Counted from the stretch's first letter, positions 1 to 10,857 are shown. The stretch is 64,000 bases of DNA from an uncultured Clostridia bacterium (GCA_944377165.1 CALWEJ010000007.1:18375-82374), one strand, 5' to 3'. Program-made: numbers and translations. The notes: generated from the sequence alone by a model not told the origin.

Positions 1-989
1 GATAAGTTAAGAAGTCCGCCATTTAGCGAATCAATAGTTGAGTGTGCCCTCAGTGCGCGAATAGAGACAACAATTACGACAACGGACGGATTAAGATTAA
101 ACTCCCTACATTTCAAATCAATAAATTTTTCAGCGCCTAAATCTGCACCAAATCCTGCTTCTGTCACCACATAATCGGCTAAAGATAGCGCTGTCTTTGT
201 CGCAATAATCGAATTACAACCGTGCGCAATATTCGCAAAAGGTCCACCGTGAATAATAGCTGGTGTGTGATTTAGAGTCTGAACTAAATTCGGTTTAATA
301 GCATCTTTTAGAAGAATAGTCATAGCATTCTCAGCTTTCAAATCGCTAGCAAAAATCGGTTTACCTGTTTTAGAAAATGCAACAATTATATTTCCTAATC
401 TCTTTTTTAAATCTCTATAATCGCGTGCTAAACTCAAAATTGCCATAATTTCACTCGACGCAGTAATTGAAAAATTTTCTTCTCTCTCAACATTGTCTTT
501 CAAGTTTTCTTTAGATATGGTAATTTCTCTTAATGCCCTGTCATTTATATCCATACATCTATGAAATAAAATTTTGTCTTTATCTATATTTAATAAATTT
601 CCGTGATAGATATGATTATCTATTAATGCACAGAGCAAATTGTTTGCACTAGTAATAACGTGGAAATCACCTGTAAAGTGTAAATTAATATCATCGCTAG
701 GAACTAATTGCGACTTCCCTCCGCCTGTTGCTCCACCCTTTAACCCAAACACTGGGCCTAAAGACGGTTCACGTAGTGCTAAGATAACACTCTTATTTAA
801 CTTTGCCATAGAATCTGCGAGTCCAATGGCCATAGTCGTCTTTCCTTCACCATATTTCGTAGGATTTATCGAGGTTATTAAAATTAATTTACCGCGCGCA
901 TTTGAAAGCGAACTTATTTTTGCCTTATCCTTACCATAAGGTATATAAGATTTGATTTTTAACTTTTTTATTATTGGCGAAATATTCAT
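1..989 (-). CDS. fhs: Formate--tetrahydrofolate ligase (5' part; runs off the window edge)
   Basis: Manual translation from ATG at 989: [24 protein letters not shown]...[11 protein letters not shown]...[13 protein letters not shown]...LHFTGDFH...[14 protein letters not shown]...[15 protein letters not shown]. Missing from the ORF track. Confidence 0.95.
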   Translation of the reverse strand, partial: MNISPIIKKLKIKSYIPYGKDKAKISSLSNARGKLILITSINPTKYGEGKTTMAIGLADSMAKLNKSVILALREPSLGPVFGLKGGATGGGKSQLVPSDDINLHFTGDFHVITSANNLLCALIDNHIYHGNLLNIDKDKILFHRCMDINDRALREITISKENLKDNVEREENFSITASSEIMAILSLARDYRDLKKRLGNIIVAFSKTGKPIFASDLKAENAMTILLKDAIKPNLVQTLNHTPAIIHGGPFANIAHGCNSIIATKTALSLADYVVTEAGFGADLGAEKFIDLKCREFNLNPSVVVIVVSIRALRAHSTIDSLNGGLLNL

Positions 990-1329
990 TTTAACCCCTA
1001 TATTATAAAGTATTAAATAAGAAAATATTATTATATTTGTATATTTATAAAAATTTAATATAATTTCATATATAATTAGGTTAATATAAAAAACAATCTA
1101 ATAATAATTAATATAAAATAATTGATTAAATTATTAATATATTTGCTTATAATATAGAAGATTTCTATATTTATATAATATTTATTTTAATAATTAAAAT
1201 AATTTCAATTTATTGAAATAATCTATATTTATTTATCTATTATTTTTTTTAATTAATTATTATTTACAAACTTAATATTATATATTTTTTATTAAAATTT
1301 TTAATTTTTTATTAATTTTTTCATATTTT

Positions 1330-2136
1330 TTATTTATTTTTAATATTTTTTATTAAATTTTTATAATTATTTATTTTTTCTTCTAGTTTACAAGCTTGTA
1401 AATATGCATCTTTTAAAAATTCTTTTGCTGTCGTATTTAATTCTAATTTATTTAAAAGTTCATAGTCTAGCAAAACTTCAGGACAATTAGCTAATTTTAA
1501 AGCAACTTCATTCCAATTTACTGTAGCTTTAAATTTCGAAATCGTATGTAAATCTTTTATTCCGTCATTATCGTGCAAATGAAGCGCAACAAGTTTATCT
1601 CCATATTTAGATAAATAATCAAAGTTCTTATCAAAAGCATTATTATGTCCGACGTCATAACAAAATTTTAATTTATCGTGATTAATATTATTAAACGTGT
1701 CTACAAATAATTTTTGATTTAAAACATTTTCAATAGCAATAGGTATTCCCGTTTTATCGCAAACTTTTAGCACTTCGCGTAGCCTTCTTTCACCAACTGA
1801 AGAATATTCTCCGACTAAATGTACAACAACGCAACTAAATCCATATTTTTTTGCTATCTTTATATCTTTAATAAGATTTTTCTTTAATTTTTCTCCAAAT
1901 TTTCCTTTAAGCCAAAAATTGTGCAAATCTTCCGTCTTATAACTAAAATGCAGACTTGATAATTTCAAACCATATTTTTTAAACAATTTAACTTGTGATG
2001 ATATTTTACCATTCTGTGCGTTTAAATTTTTATCTGCGCAAGTGATGACTGAAGTAAAACCTGCTTCTTTGATCATCTTAGCACGTTCATTCGGATTAAT
2101 ATCCCAACCGAAATAAAAAGAAATCCCTTTATCCAT
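1330..2136 (-). CDS. Sugar phosphate isomerase/epimerase (AP endonuclease 2 / xylose-isomerase-like TIM barrel)
   Basis: Metal-binding motifs IAIEN, CYDVGH, LHLHDNDGIKDLH. Confidence 0.8.
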   Translation of the reverse strand: MDKGISFYFGWDINPNERAKMIKEAGFTSVITCADKNLNAQNGKISSQVKLFKKYGLKLSSLHFSYKTEDLHNFWLKGKFGEKLKKNLIKDIKIAKKYGFSCVVVHLVGEYSSVGERRLREVLKVCDKTGIPIAIENVLNQKLFVDTFNNINHDKLKFCYDVGHNNAFDKNFDYLSKYGDKLVALHLHDNDGIKDLHTISKFKATVNWNEVALKLANCPEVLLDYELLNKLELNTTAKEFLKDAYLQACKLEEKINNYKNLIKNIKNK

Positions 2137-2279
2137 TTTTCACCCCATAAAATACTAACAAATTTATTTTTATAAGTAAACTTTTTTGCTCGAAAACTAC
2201 AATTTATAAATAAATCAACTATAATTCATTAATTGTTTTACAATCATAAATACACTAATAAAAATTATTTTAGTAAAAA

Positions 2280-2308
2280 ATCCACAAAAGAGTGTATCTT
2301 TTGTGGAT
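2280..2308 (-). terminator. Hairpin downstream of the ALDH operon
   Basis: ATCCACAAAAGA-GTGTA-TCTTTTGTGGAT perfect 12-bp stem; the A-run on the left gives a U-tract on the minus strand. Confidence 0.65.
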
Positions 2309-2401
2309 AAATTGTTTATAAATTCTTTAAAATTATTAAAATTATATATTTTTTATGTAAATTTTGATGAATTAACAATTTTTTATTTTAGAGAATTGCA
2401 C

Positions 2402-3835
2402 TTATCTATAAATATTCTTTAGTGTTATAGTTTTAGTCTTAGTCACTTGGTCGAATGTGCTCATTACACCCTCAGTACCAATTCCCGACATTTTATAGCC
2501 GCCGAAAGGCATTTCAAAACTTCTATGGAAACTTGCACCATTGATAACAGTACCGCCACATTCAAGACGTGAGCATACGTCAAAGGCTGTCTTCATATCG
2601 CGTGTAAATACGCAACCACACAAACCATAGCAAGAAGAATTTGCTATCTCGATAGCTTCTTCCACGTCATCGCAAGGAATAATGCTAATAACTGGAGCAA
2701 AGATTTCTTCGTCGCGCGCAACATCTGCTGTCTTAGGAATATCTGTAATGATAGTAGGCTCTAATACCGCACCTTCTGCTTTTCCGCCTAAAATAATTTT
2801 ACCGCCCTGCTCAACGACTTTTTCTATTTGTTTTACAGCCTTTTCACAAGCTGCTTTTGTGACAAGCGCACCGATTTCAGTCTTTTTATCTAGTGGATTA
2901 CCTACTACAAGTTTACTGATACGATTAATTAACTTCTCTTGGAATTCATCTAAAACACCTCTTTGAACTATGAAGCGCTTACTTGCACAACATACTTGTC
3001 CAGTGTTATACATTCTACCCCAAACAGTTTCTTCTACTGCTAAATCAATATCTGCGTCGTCTAGCACTATGAACGCGTCATTTCCGCCCAATTCGAGAGC
3101 AACGTGCGCTAAATGTTCAGCACCATTTAAATATGTAATTTTACCTACAGTTGTAGAGCCTGTGAAGGTTATTCCGTGTACGTCTGGATTCTTTGCGAGC
3201 GCACTACCTACCACACCGTCGCCAGTCACAACTTGCACTACGCCATTTGGTAGGCCTGCTTCCTTTAGTAATGCAGTAAGTTTAATTAATGTAAGAGGAT
3301 TTTGGTGAGGTGGTTTAACAATAACAGTATTACCCGCTAAAATTGCTGGAGCAACCTTTTGGTCAAACAGGTCACAAGGGAAATTAAACGGTATAATTGC
3401 GACCATTACGCCTAAAGGTTCTCTAGTTGTAAATTGCAAAGTTTTATCTTGTCCTGCTTCAGTACCTGCAGGGATAACATTGCCATACAAATGCTTAGCC
3501 TTTTCAGAGAAAGCCTTGAATGAAATGCTAATATTTGCAATCTCTGCATAAGCCTGAGTAATAGGTTTACCTGTTTCTTTGCATAGAGTTTTTGCTAAAT
3601 CGTCTTTATTTTCTTCGACAAGTTCTATAAATTTATTTAAAATCTCAGCCTTTTGATATACTGGCACGTCTTTCCAAGATTTTTGTGCCTTCTTAGCATA
3701 CTCGACCGCTTTCTTTGCGTCTTTTTCGTTGCTATATGGTACAGTATCAATTACTTTACCAGTATAAGGATTTACTATATTCATTGTTGCTTTATTTGTT
3801 GCATCAACGAATTTCCCATTAATAATATTTTGCAT
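2402..3835 (-). CDS. NAD(P)-dependent aldehyde dehydrogenase (lactaldehyde dehydrogenase-like)
   Basis: IPFNFP, FTGST, LELGGND, catalytic GQVCCAS, EEIFAPV, PFGGYKMSGIG. Confidence 0.93.
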   Translation of the reverse strand: MQNIINGKFVDATNKATMNIVNPYTGKVIDTVPYSNEKDAKKAVEYAKKAQKSWKDVPVYQKAEILNKFIELVEENKDDLAKTLCKETGKPITQAYAEIANISISFKAFSEKAKHLYGNVIPAGTEAGQDKTLQFTTREPLGVMVAIIPFNFPCDLFDQKVAPAILAGNTVIVKPPHQNPLTLIKLTALLKEAGLPNGVVQVVTGDGVVGSALAKNPDVHGITFTGSTTVGKITYLNGAEHLAHVALELGGNDAFIVLDDADIDLAVEETVWGRMYNTGQVCCASKRFIVQRGVLDEFQEKLINRISKLVVGNPLDKKTEIGALVTKAACEKAVKQIEKVVEQGGKIILGGKAEGAVLEPTIITDIPKTADVARDEEIFAPVISIIPCDDVEEAIEIANSSCYGLCGCVFTRDMKTAFDVCSRLECGGTVINGASFHRSFEMPFGGYKMSGIGTEGVMSTFDQVTKTKTITLKNIYR

Positions 3836-3846
3836 ACATTCCCTCC

Positions 3847-5016
3847 TTACTTAGTGAATGCAGTGAATGAAAGCATTAATCCGCCAGTGGTATTTCTGCC
3901 ATCATCTTCATATCCGTACTCACCGAAAGTGAATTCCATAATGAAAGGTACGCCATTAACGTTTTTCTTAATTTGTTTATAGACTTCATTTATTCTAGAG
4001 TCTATTCCTGCGCGTCTGCCACCACAGTGAACTAAGTGATAACATACAGCAGGCTTAGTTAATTGTTTATTCAATTTTTTAAGAGTTTCGCCGACCGCTG
4101 AGATAAGTTCGTCAACTGTTGCTTCCATACGAATAACTGTAGTGCCGACAGCAAGGTTAGCACCGATATTCATTGAATAATCGTCGTTCGCGAACATTGG
4201 GTGTCTTATAGCAGTTAAATCGCCTAATCTATCCTTAACCCCAAGCGGACTTGTGATTGTAGCGGACAATAATTTGTCGCCCATTAATTCGCTAGGTTTC
4301 ATTTTGCGCCATTGTGCATATTTCTTAACTGCAGGAACGTTGTCTATAGCGACAAGTCTACGTGTTCCTTCAATCTTCGTGATAATACCCATATCTTCAG
4401 TTTCACGATAAGCGCCAGTGAACTCGTTTACAAATCCACCTTTTAAATAAATTAATGCGACAGCAACACCTTCGTTAGTCACTTTATTGTCTAGATACAA
4501 GCTCCAATTACCAGAGATTGTATTATCTGCAGCCGAACCACCGAACAAAGGAACACGGCCGACTACTCTATTTGCACCCTTTAAGAAAAATTCTTCTTCT
4601 GTAGGGCTAGCAGCCATATACATTAAATCTGGCTCGTCGCTATATGGCATCTTTGTCATAGCGCGTGCGTGTTTTGTAGCACTTTCGCCTGCGTCACGTG
4701 CGCTTTGGAATGCTTTTCTATCAGCAAACCCAACGCCAACTATCATATTAGGGTCGCTAAGTACCATAATACCAACGAATGGGTCATTACCGCCGACAAA
4801 TCCTTCAGGCATAATTACACCAGTAAATGATGTATTACCAATCACTGGGCAATCATAAACTTCCTTAATACCTTTGATTACATCTTTAATCTTGTAATCA
4901 CAACTCATATAAGCAAAAACTAATTTAGCATCTTTTGATTTTCCAGCCATTTTAGCGGCTTCCAATCCTGCTTTGTACGCATCTTTATTTGTACTGTATC
5001 CTGTAAGTGCTTTCAT
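3847..5016 (-). CDS. Stand-alone FIST (FIST_N + FIST_C) domain protein
   Basis: VIGNTS, PLFGGSAAD, IDNVPA, HCGGRR and FTFGEYG motifs typical of FIST; no output domain. Confidence 0.85.
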   Translation of the reverse strand: MKALTGYSTNKDAYKAGLEAAKMAGKSKDAKLVFAYMSCDYKIKDVIKGIKEVYDCPVIGNTSFTGVIMPEGFVGGNDPFVGIMVLSDPNMIVGVGFADRKAFQSARDAGESATKHARAMTKMPYSDEPDLMYMAASPTEEEFFLKGANRVVGRVPLFGGSAADNTISGNWSLYLDNKVTNEGVAVALIYLKGGFVNEFTGAYRETEDMGIITKIEGTRRLVAIDNVPAVKKYAQWRKMKPSELMGDKLLSATITSPLGVKDRLGDLTAIRHPMFANDDYSMNIGANLAVGTTVIRMEATVDELISAVGETLKKLNKQLTKPAVCYHLVHCGGRRAGIDSRINEVYKQIKKNVNGVPFIMEFTFGEYGYEDDGRNTTGGLMLSFTAFTK

Positions 5017-5080
5017 CTAATTTCTCCTTTTGTTTAATTAATTTTAATTCTAATATTAAGATAAATGAATTTACTTTTGA

Positions 5081-6232
5081 CTATAATATAGCCTTATATA
5101 AATTCTTAATTTCTTCCACACTAGTTTCGCGTGGGTTTCCGCCTGTACATATATCTACATAGGCATCATTGCTTAAAGCGGTTAAATCTTTTTGCTTTAT
5201 ATTAAAATCGCTAAGTGCTGTAGGTATAGCTAATTTTTTACTTAGTTTTTTAACTTCGCTCACCGCACGTTTAACACATTGCTCATCGCTTAACTTGCTA
5301 GTATTAACTCCAAAACATTCGGCGATAAGCCTATATTTTGGCTTAGCAGGAGATTCTGCGTTGTACTCCATAACGGTAGGCAACAACATAGCATTCGCTG
5401 TGCCGTGCGCAATATCAAATCGACCGCCTAACGCGTGCGCCATAGAGTGAACAATTCCTAAGCCTACATTGCTGAACCCCATTCCGACAATGTACTGTGC
5501 ATACGCCATCTTCTCACGCGCTAGCATATCGTCCCCATTTTTGTATGCAAGCGGAAGATATTTAGCAATAGTACGTATGCTCTCAAGTGCAAACATATCG
5601 CTAAATTGTGTGCTACCCTTTGTAATAAGACTTTCAATCGCGTGTGTAAGTGCGTCCATACCTGTACTTGCTGTAAGAGATTTCGGCATTGTACGCATCA
5701 ACTCTGCGTCAACCACTGACATAATAGGAATATCGTGTGGGTCAACACAAACAAGTTTACGTTTAGTGCTCTCGTCCGTTATAACATAGTTAATAGTGAC
5801 TTCAGCCGCCGTTCCGCTCGTTGTAGGTAAAGCAATTAGTGGGAAACATTTGTTAGGTGTATCAACCGCCCCTGCTAAACTAACGACGTCTTTATGTTTC
5901 TTGTTCTCGTGTATGATAGCGATTGCTTTAGCCGTATCTATTACACTACCGCCACCGACTGCGATAATAACGTCTGCACGCGTCTTCTTTAATTCACGAA
6001 CGCCGTCCAAAACATTTTTAACCGTAGGATTAGGCTTAATGTCACTATAAATCGTGTAAGGGAATTTTCCATCGAATAGACTTGTCACTTTTTGTAATAC
6101 GCCTGTCTTAATGATAGTTTCATCTGTCACGATAAATAGCCTTTTGAACTTTCGTTTACTGAGTTCACTAGGTAAACATTCGCGTGAATTAGTGCCTAAA
6201 TAGACACATTCATTAAAAATATATCTTTCCAT
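5081..6232 (-). CDS. fucO: Iron-containing alcohol dehydrogenase, lactaldehyde reductase family
   Basis: KPNPT, GGGSVIDTAKAI, PTTSGTAAEVTINYVITD, DALTHAIE, GMGFSNVGLGIVHSMAH, HG, CTGGNPR. Confidence 0.9.
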   Translation of the reverse strand: MERYIFNECVYLGTNSRECLPSELSKRKFKRLFIVTDETIIKTGVLQKVTSLFDGKFPYTIYSDIKPNPTVKNVLDGVRELKKTRADVIIAVGGGSVIDTAKAIAIIHENKKHKDVVSLAGAVDTPNKCFPLIALPTTSGTAAEVTINYVITDESTKRKLVCVDPHDIPIMSVVDAELMRTMPKSLTASTGMDALTHAIESLITKGSTQFSDMFALESIRTIAKYLPLAYKNGDDMLAREKMAYAQYIVGMGFSNVGLGIVHSMAHALGGRFDIAHGTANAMLLPTVMEYNAESPAKPKYRLIAECFGVNTSKLSDEQCVKRAVSEVKKLSKKLAIPTALSDFNIKQKDLTALSNDAYVDICTGGNPRETSVEEIKNLYKAIL

Positions 6233-6483
6233 ACCCCTCCTTTAAAAACAATTATAACCCTTTTTAAATATAATTGTCATTCTTTTTCGACTAAAATTTT
6301 AATTAAAACATTAATTTAAACGCATTTTTAGCCTATTTAGATTGATTTTCCTTTCTTATTATTTGAATTCAACAATAATTCCTGAATAATTTCTTCAAGA
6401 ATTTTTAAATAATTTATTTTAGTTTTATTGAATTTATTTAAAAAATTAAAAACAAAAAAGGTTAGTATTCCTAACCTTAAAAT

Positions 6484-6990
6484 TTAATCTTCAAATTTAA
6501 ATCTAGTATTACAATACGGGCAAAAATCATAACCATCGAAACTTTCCATTTTTCCGCCACAATTAGGACAATGATTTGATATAGCCTTTTTCTTATTTTG
6601 TTTTGGTTGAGTTTCTACTAAATTCTCGCCGTCAAAAATGTAGCCCATTATGTATCTTTTCTGTATTGCTGTAGTCACGCGCTGTTTTGCGACTTGTGGA
6701 GAAATTTGTAGTTGCCTACTAATGCTCGTCACATTATTAATCCCTTCAATTAAAACAGCATCTACAACGCGCTTAATTCCAACCACATTAGAAAAATGTA
6801 CAAAAGCCATATGCGTGCCATAAAATCCGAATACAACAAAAATAATACCTATAGTCATAACAAACCATAACGCATTTTTAGCCCCTAAAATTATTAGTGG
6901 TATCCCTACCACAAAAGCGACTGCTAGTACTATCGCTAATATTAAACTTTTTGTTTTATCTTTATCAATACTTGTTCTTATCTTTTTCAT
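6484..6990 (-). CDS. Membrane protein: 2 TM, helical/HTH-like region and C-terminal zinc ribbon
   Basis: Two hydrophobic helices; CPNC...CPYC; probable leaderless start at 6990 (TTTACA-17-TATAAT-6-ATG). Confidence 0.7.
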   Translation of the reverse strand: MKKIRTSIDKDKTKSLILAIVLAVAFVVGIPLIILGAKNALWFVMTIGIIFVVFGFYGTHMAFVHFSNVVGIKRVVDAVLIEGINNVTSISRQLQISPQVAKQRVTTAIQKRYIMGYIFDGENLVETQPKQNKKKAISNHCPNCGGKMESFDGYDFCPYCNTRFKFED

Positions 6991-7262
6991 ACTATTATTA
7001 TATACCACTTTATTTTAATTGTAAAGAAAATTGATTATTACTAAAATTAAATAAAATCATAAATAATTTTGTATTTTTATATTCGTACTTTATCTAAATA
7101 TTTGATATAAGTAAGTGCGATAGGTCTTAAGAGATAATAATATTAATAATTATTATAAAATTTAACTAATTTTAGATAAATTAAATTAAAAATAATATTG
7201 CAATAATATAGAAAATGTTGTATAATGTAGTCATAGAATAATTAACAAATGAGGAGGCGCTT

Positions 7263-7562
7263 ATGTCTAGCGAAAAAACTAAAGTCACTAAATCTTCACT
7301 TCCTGATGAAAAAGATACGCTTAATAATGTTCAAAATAGCAAAAAGGTAGAAGAACCTACTGCTAAAACGAAGAAACCTGTTTATCGCGTACTTTATGAC
7401 AAAGATACTCGTTTCTGGCTCATTAAAAAAGATGGCGCAAAACGTACAATCGCATCTTTCCCTACAAAAGAAGAAGCTCTATCCCGCGTTAAAGAGTTAT
7501 CGTCATCAAATGATTTGAATTTCGTAGTACATAAAAAAGACGGTAAATTCCAAAAGAAATAG
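7263..7562 (+). CDS. DUF2188-family small protein
   Basis: WLIKKDGAKRTIASFPTKEEA...VHKKDGKFQ; TTGCAA/TATAAT promoter; GAGGAGG RBS. Confidence 0.75.
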   Translation: MSSEKTKVTKSSLPDEKDTLNNVQNSKKVEEPTAKTKKPVYRVLYDKDTRFWLIKKDGAKRTIASFPTKEEALSRVKELSSSNDLNFVVHKKDGKFQKK

Positions 7563-7688
7563 ACTAATTTATCTTTATCATTTAACCTAAGTTAAAATAA
7601 TTAAAAATTAACTAAGTTTTTGATTGCTGAATTTAATCTTTTTCGTAAAACAAAATCACAAACTTCAATTTTAAAACTAGAAAAGTAA

Positions 7689-7724
7689 AAAAAGGACTTC
7701 ATACAAATAGTAAGGTCCTTTTTT
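7689..7724. terminator. Bidirectional intrinsic terminator
   Basis: AAAAAAGGACTT...AAGGTCCTTTTTT between convergent genes. Confidence 0.55.
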
Positions 7725-7999
7725 ATTTATTCAATAATATTAATCAATAAACATTATTCAAAAAATAAACTATATATTTCTTTATAATAAAAAAGTATAT
7801 GATATTTATGATTTGTCATACACTTTTTCCATTTTTTATACCGCTAATTTAAAAAGTAGCTAAAGCTTATAAAATTTTTCCCGTATGTGCGTTATTAATG
7901 TTCAAAAAATAAATCATTCCCTATATAAATCAATGTTTTGTAAAATAAATTATTAATGTAAAATACTTATGCCTAACACGTATTTGAATTAATATAAGA

Positions 8000-9067
8000 T
8001 TACGTAGATAAATTTTTATTATTATCTAATTTTTGTTCGTTCAGGGGTTGCACAATATTTTCTAACTTAGATTTAAGTCTTCTAATACTAAAAGGAATAA
8101 AATTTTCTGATTCATTATTCAATATGGAGTTAGCTACTGAACTAGATAAAGAATACGAAATACATTCTGATACACAGTCACCAGAAGGTGTCAAATCAAC
8201 GTTGCTCTCACCGTTTTCTCCTCGCGCTAGTCCGCTCATAGTATGGTCTGGCCTACCATTAGTGTATATCGGAGAAGTGACTAAATCTAATCCCCTATTA
8301 TCTTGCATAACATAACATCTATCATTTTTTTCGTAAAAATCTTTAAATAATTTAGATGAAACATAACATTGTTTAGAACCATTTACTTTTGCCTTATTTA
8401 ATATATCAATGATTTTTTCTTTATCAATCAAAGAAATTTTAATATCATTCTGTCCGCTAATAAGTTTTACAGCCATAGACTCCCAAAGTTTATCTCCTAC
8501 ACTAACAAACATTTTGTCATTCGGCGATATTACGTTGAGATGCTTAATTTGTCTAGTTGTGTAATTTGACGCGAAAATTACGGCGAAAATTTGCTCAATA
8601 ATCAACTCTCGTTCCGTTCTATTATATCCGATAGTTTCCATTTTTTCATCTAATCGTTCTAGCAATAAACGAATGACTGTATTCCCGTAGCAATGTGCAA
8701 AAATGTTAATATTTCGCATATTTTTACAAGCTGATTCTGTATCTATACGTTTACCGTCCGATGTCGTAAGCGGAAAAAACAATTCATCAACCAACCTTGA
8801 TATATTCGAATCCAATAAATCTTCATTGTAAGTGCCTTTATTATAATTTACACTTATGACATCTGCTTTTAAAACGAAATCTCCTAATAGCGAATTTATG
8901 ACATTAATTGATTTACCCGCTTGAGTATTATTTTCAAGTCCGCTACCGTTAAGTATTAAAACTAATGGCCTATCAATTTTATAATTGCTCAAATTAATTT
9001 CTTCTATTTCCGCATTAGTATTACTGTCTATCTTCTTTACAAAAACGAAACTGCCTTCTTTCCCCAT
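8000..9067 (-). CDS. Hypothetical protein, possible alpha/beta-hydrolase fold with Cys nucleophile
   Basis: 355-aa ORF with RBS; LVLILNGSG, INIFAHCYG, VISPND, PDHT. Confidence 0.6.
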   Translation of the reverse strand: MGKEGSFVFVKKIDSNTNAEIEEINLSNYKIDRPLVLILNGSGLENNTQAGKSINVINSLLGDFVLKADVISVNYNKGTYNEDLLDSNISRLVDELFFPLTTSDGKRIDTESACKNMRNINIFAHCYGNTVIRLLLERLDEKMETIGYNRTERELIIEQIFAVIFASNYTTRQIKHLNVISPNDKMFVSVGDKLWESMAVKLISGQNDIKISLIDKEKIIDILNKAKVNGSKQCYVSSKLFKDFYEKNDRCYVMQDNRGLDLVTSPIYTNGRPDHTMSGLARGENGESNVDLTPSGDCVSECISYSLSSSVANSILNNESENFIPFSIRRLKSKLENIVQPLNEQKLDNNKNLST

Positions 9068-9192
9068 AATCTATCCTATTAAACATTTTAAATGATAACA
9101 TAGATAACTAGATTTGTTAATACCTTTTTGAAAACTTTTCAGCAAATTATTTTTAATAAATACCTTACTTTAATAAAAGATGTTTCTCTCGT

Positions 9193-9561
9193 CTATCTTT
9201 TATTATTTAGCATACTATCTATTCCGAGCGCGCAAGCCTTTGTGTATGCTCGAGTTAGTCCGCCTGCACCTAATTTAATTCCGCCAAAATAACGCACCAC
9301 TGCGACTAAAATGTTGCTTAATCCTTTTTTCTTAATTACGTTCATAATAGGATAACCAGCCGTACCTTTAGGCTCGCCATCGTCACTACACTTTTCGCTA
9401 ACCATTTCACGATTGTAAACATAGGCAAAACAAATATGTCTTGCTTTCTTATGCTCTTGCTTTAAATTATTTAAAATTAAACTAACTTCGTTTAAGTTAT
9501 TTAGTTCGTAAACATACGCAATAAATCGCGATTTGTTTATTATTAATTCCGCACTATTCAT
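9193..9561 (-). CDS. YigZ/IMPACT family protein (N-terminal domain only)
   Basis: KSRFIA, HKKARHICFAY, SDDGEPKGTAG, VVRYFGGIKLGAGGLTRAY. Confidence 0.88.
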   Translation of the reverse strand: MNSAELIINKSRFIAYVYELNNLNEVSLILNNLKQEHKKARHICFAYVYNREMVSEKCSDDGEPKGTAGYPIMNVIKKKGLSNILVAVVRYFGGIKLGAGGLTRAYTKACALGIDSMLNNKR

Positions 9562-9930
9562 ACTTTTATTTTAACATAAAAATATAAATTCCGCAATTAT
9601 TAATTTAAAAAGGCAAGTGTTTTATGTCTATATATTATCCATTCTTTATCAATATAATTAACAAAATAAACAAGTACAAACTAATACAATGATAACAATG
9701 TGCAAAAAAATGATAAAGCATTTAACTTCCACTAAATTAAAAATTTTATTTAACAACGGTATTCTTGTTCGCATAATAATCTGATAACTGAATAATAATT
9801 TAATAATACTAATTTCTTAATTAAAATCTAATACGATTTGATTGTCTAGGTTTTTATTTACACCATATCATAGTAGATAAAAATAATTTACTATTATAAA
9901 GAAAAAAGCGAGATATTTCTCGCATTTTAA

Positions 9931-10857
9931 CTATTTATTTTCTCCTTTCAATTTTTTAGCAATAACGCCCATTCTATCTACGCAGTAGCCGACAGCAAGA
10001 GCTCCCGGACCTGTATGACATACGATAAATAATGGCAATGGGTCGAAGGTGAAGAAAGGTAGTTCTGGACAAGCCTCTTTAACTTCCGCTTCAAAATCCT
10101 TTAATTCTTGACCATTTAAATCAGCATAACTATGTGCCATACCTATATATACTTTGCCTTGTTTAGCTTCTTCAGGGAAGCGCTCCATAATTTCTTTCTT
10201 AGTAGCTTGTATCATTTTAGCACGTGCCATTTTCATAGACATTACTTTAGCATATGCGTCCAACTTACCGCCGTGGATTTGTAAAATAGGTTTGATATTT
10301 AAAAGTGTACCTATTGCTGCAGCAGCCGGTGTGACTCTACCGCCCTTCTTTAGATACTTCAATGTATCAACAGCAATATAAACTCCGCAGTCCGCTCTAT
10401 ATTTCTCAAGATATTCTTTAATCTCGCTACCGCTCTTACCTTGCTCGATTAGATAACTTGCTTCATATATAGACATTTTATTCATATAAGCGACACGTTG
10501 GTTATTAACTACAAATACACGTCCATCGAATTCTTCTTCGTGACTAGCATTTATTGCTGTATTACACGATTCGCTTAGTCCGCTAGACAAGCAAATGTAA
10601 ACAATCTCGTTATACTCTTTTAATAGATCGCGCCATACATCTTTAACTACTTCAATGCTAGGTTGAGAAGTACTAACTTCCGTCTTTTTGTCTTGAAGGT
10701 ATTTATAGAATTCTTCATATGACATGTTCTTACCTTCGTAGTATTCTTCTCCGTTAACAATGAACGAAATAGGAATAAGCTTAGCAACGTTTGCTAATTC
10801 CATATCTTTTTCACTCATACTAGCAGAATTATCTATAACTAATCCAACTTTTTTCAT
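9931..10857 (-). CDS. DegV family fatty-acid-binding protein
   Basis: STSQPS, LSSGLS, YLKKGGR, NIKPIL, HTGPGA. Confidence 0.92.
   Translation of the reverse strand: MKKVGLVIDNSASMSEKDMELANVAKLIPISFIVNGEEYYEGKNMSYEEFYKYLQDKKTEVSTSQPSIEVVKDVWRDLLKEYNEIVYICLSSGLSESCNTAINASHEEEFDGRVFVVNNQRVAYMNKMSIYEASYLIEQGKSGSEIKEYLEKYRADCGVYIAVDTLKYLKKGGRVTPAAAAIGTLLNIKPILQIHGGKLDAYAKVMSMKMARAKMIQATKKEIMERFPEEAKQGKVYIGMAHSYADLNGQELKDFEAEVKEACPELPFFTFDPLPLFIVCHTGPGALAVGYCVDRMGVIAKKLKGENK

Noticed and set aside
990-1329. Extremely AT-rich intergenic tracts (also 17141-17347, 18065-18569, 60113-60358)
   Set aside because: No periodic repeat-spacer structure, so not CRISPR; they look like the general intergenic background here
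2302-2310. Perfect DnaA box (also near 23878, 28537 and 49361)
   Set aside because: Isolated boxes inside a terminator stem or CDSs; no cluster and no dnaA/dnaN, so not oriC, even though gyrBA is present
9689-9784. 31-codon ORF MITMCKK...
   Set aside because: No RBS or supporting promoter; likely chance
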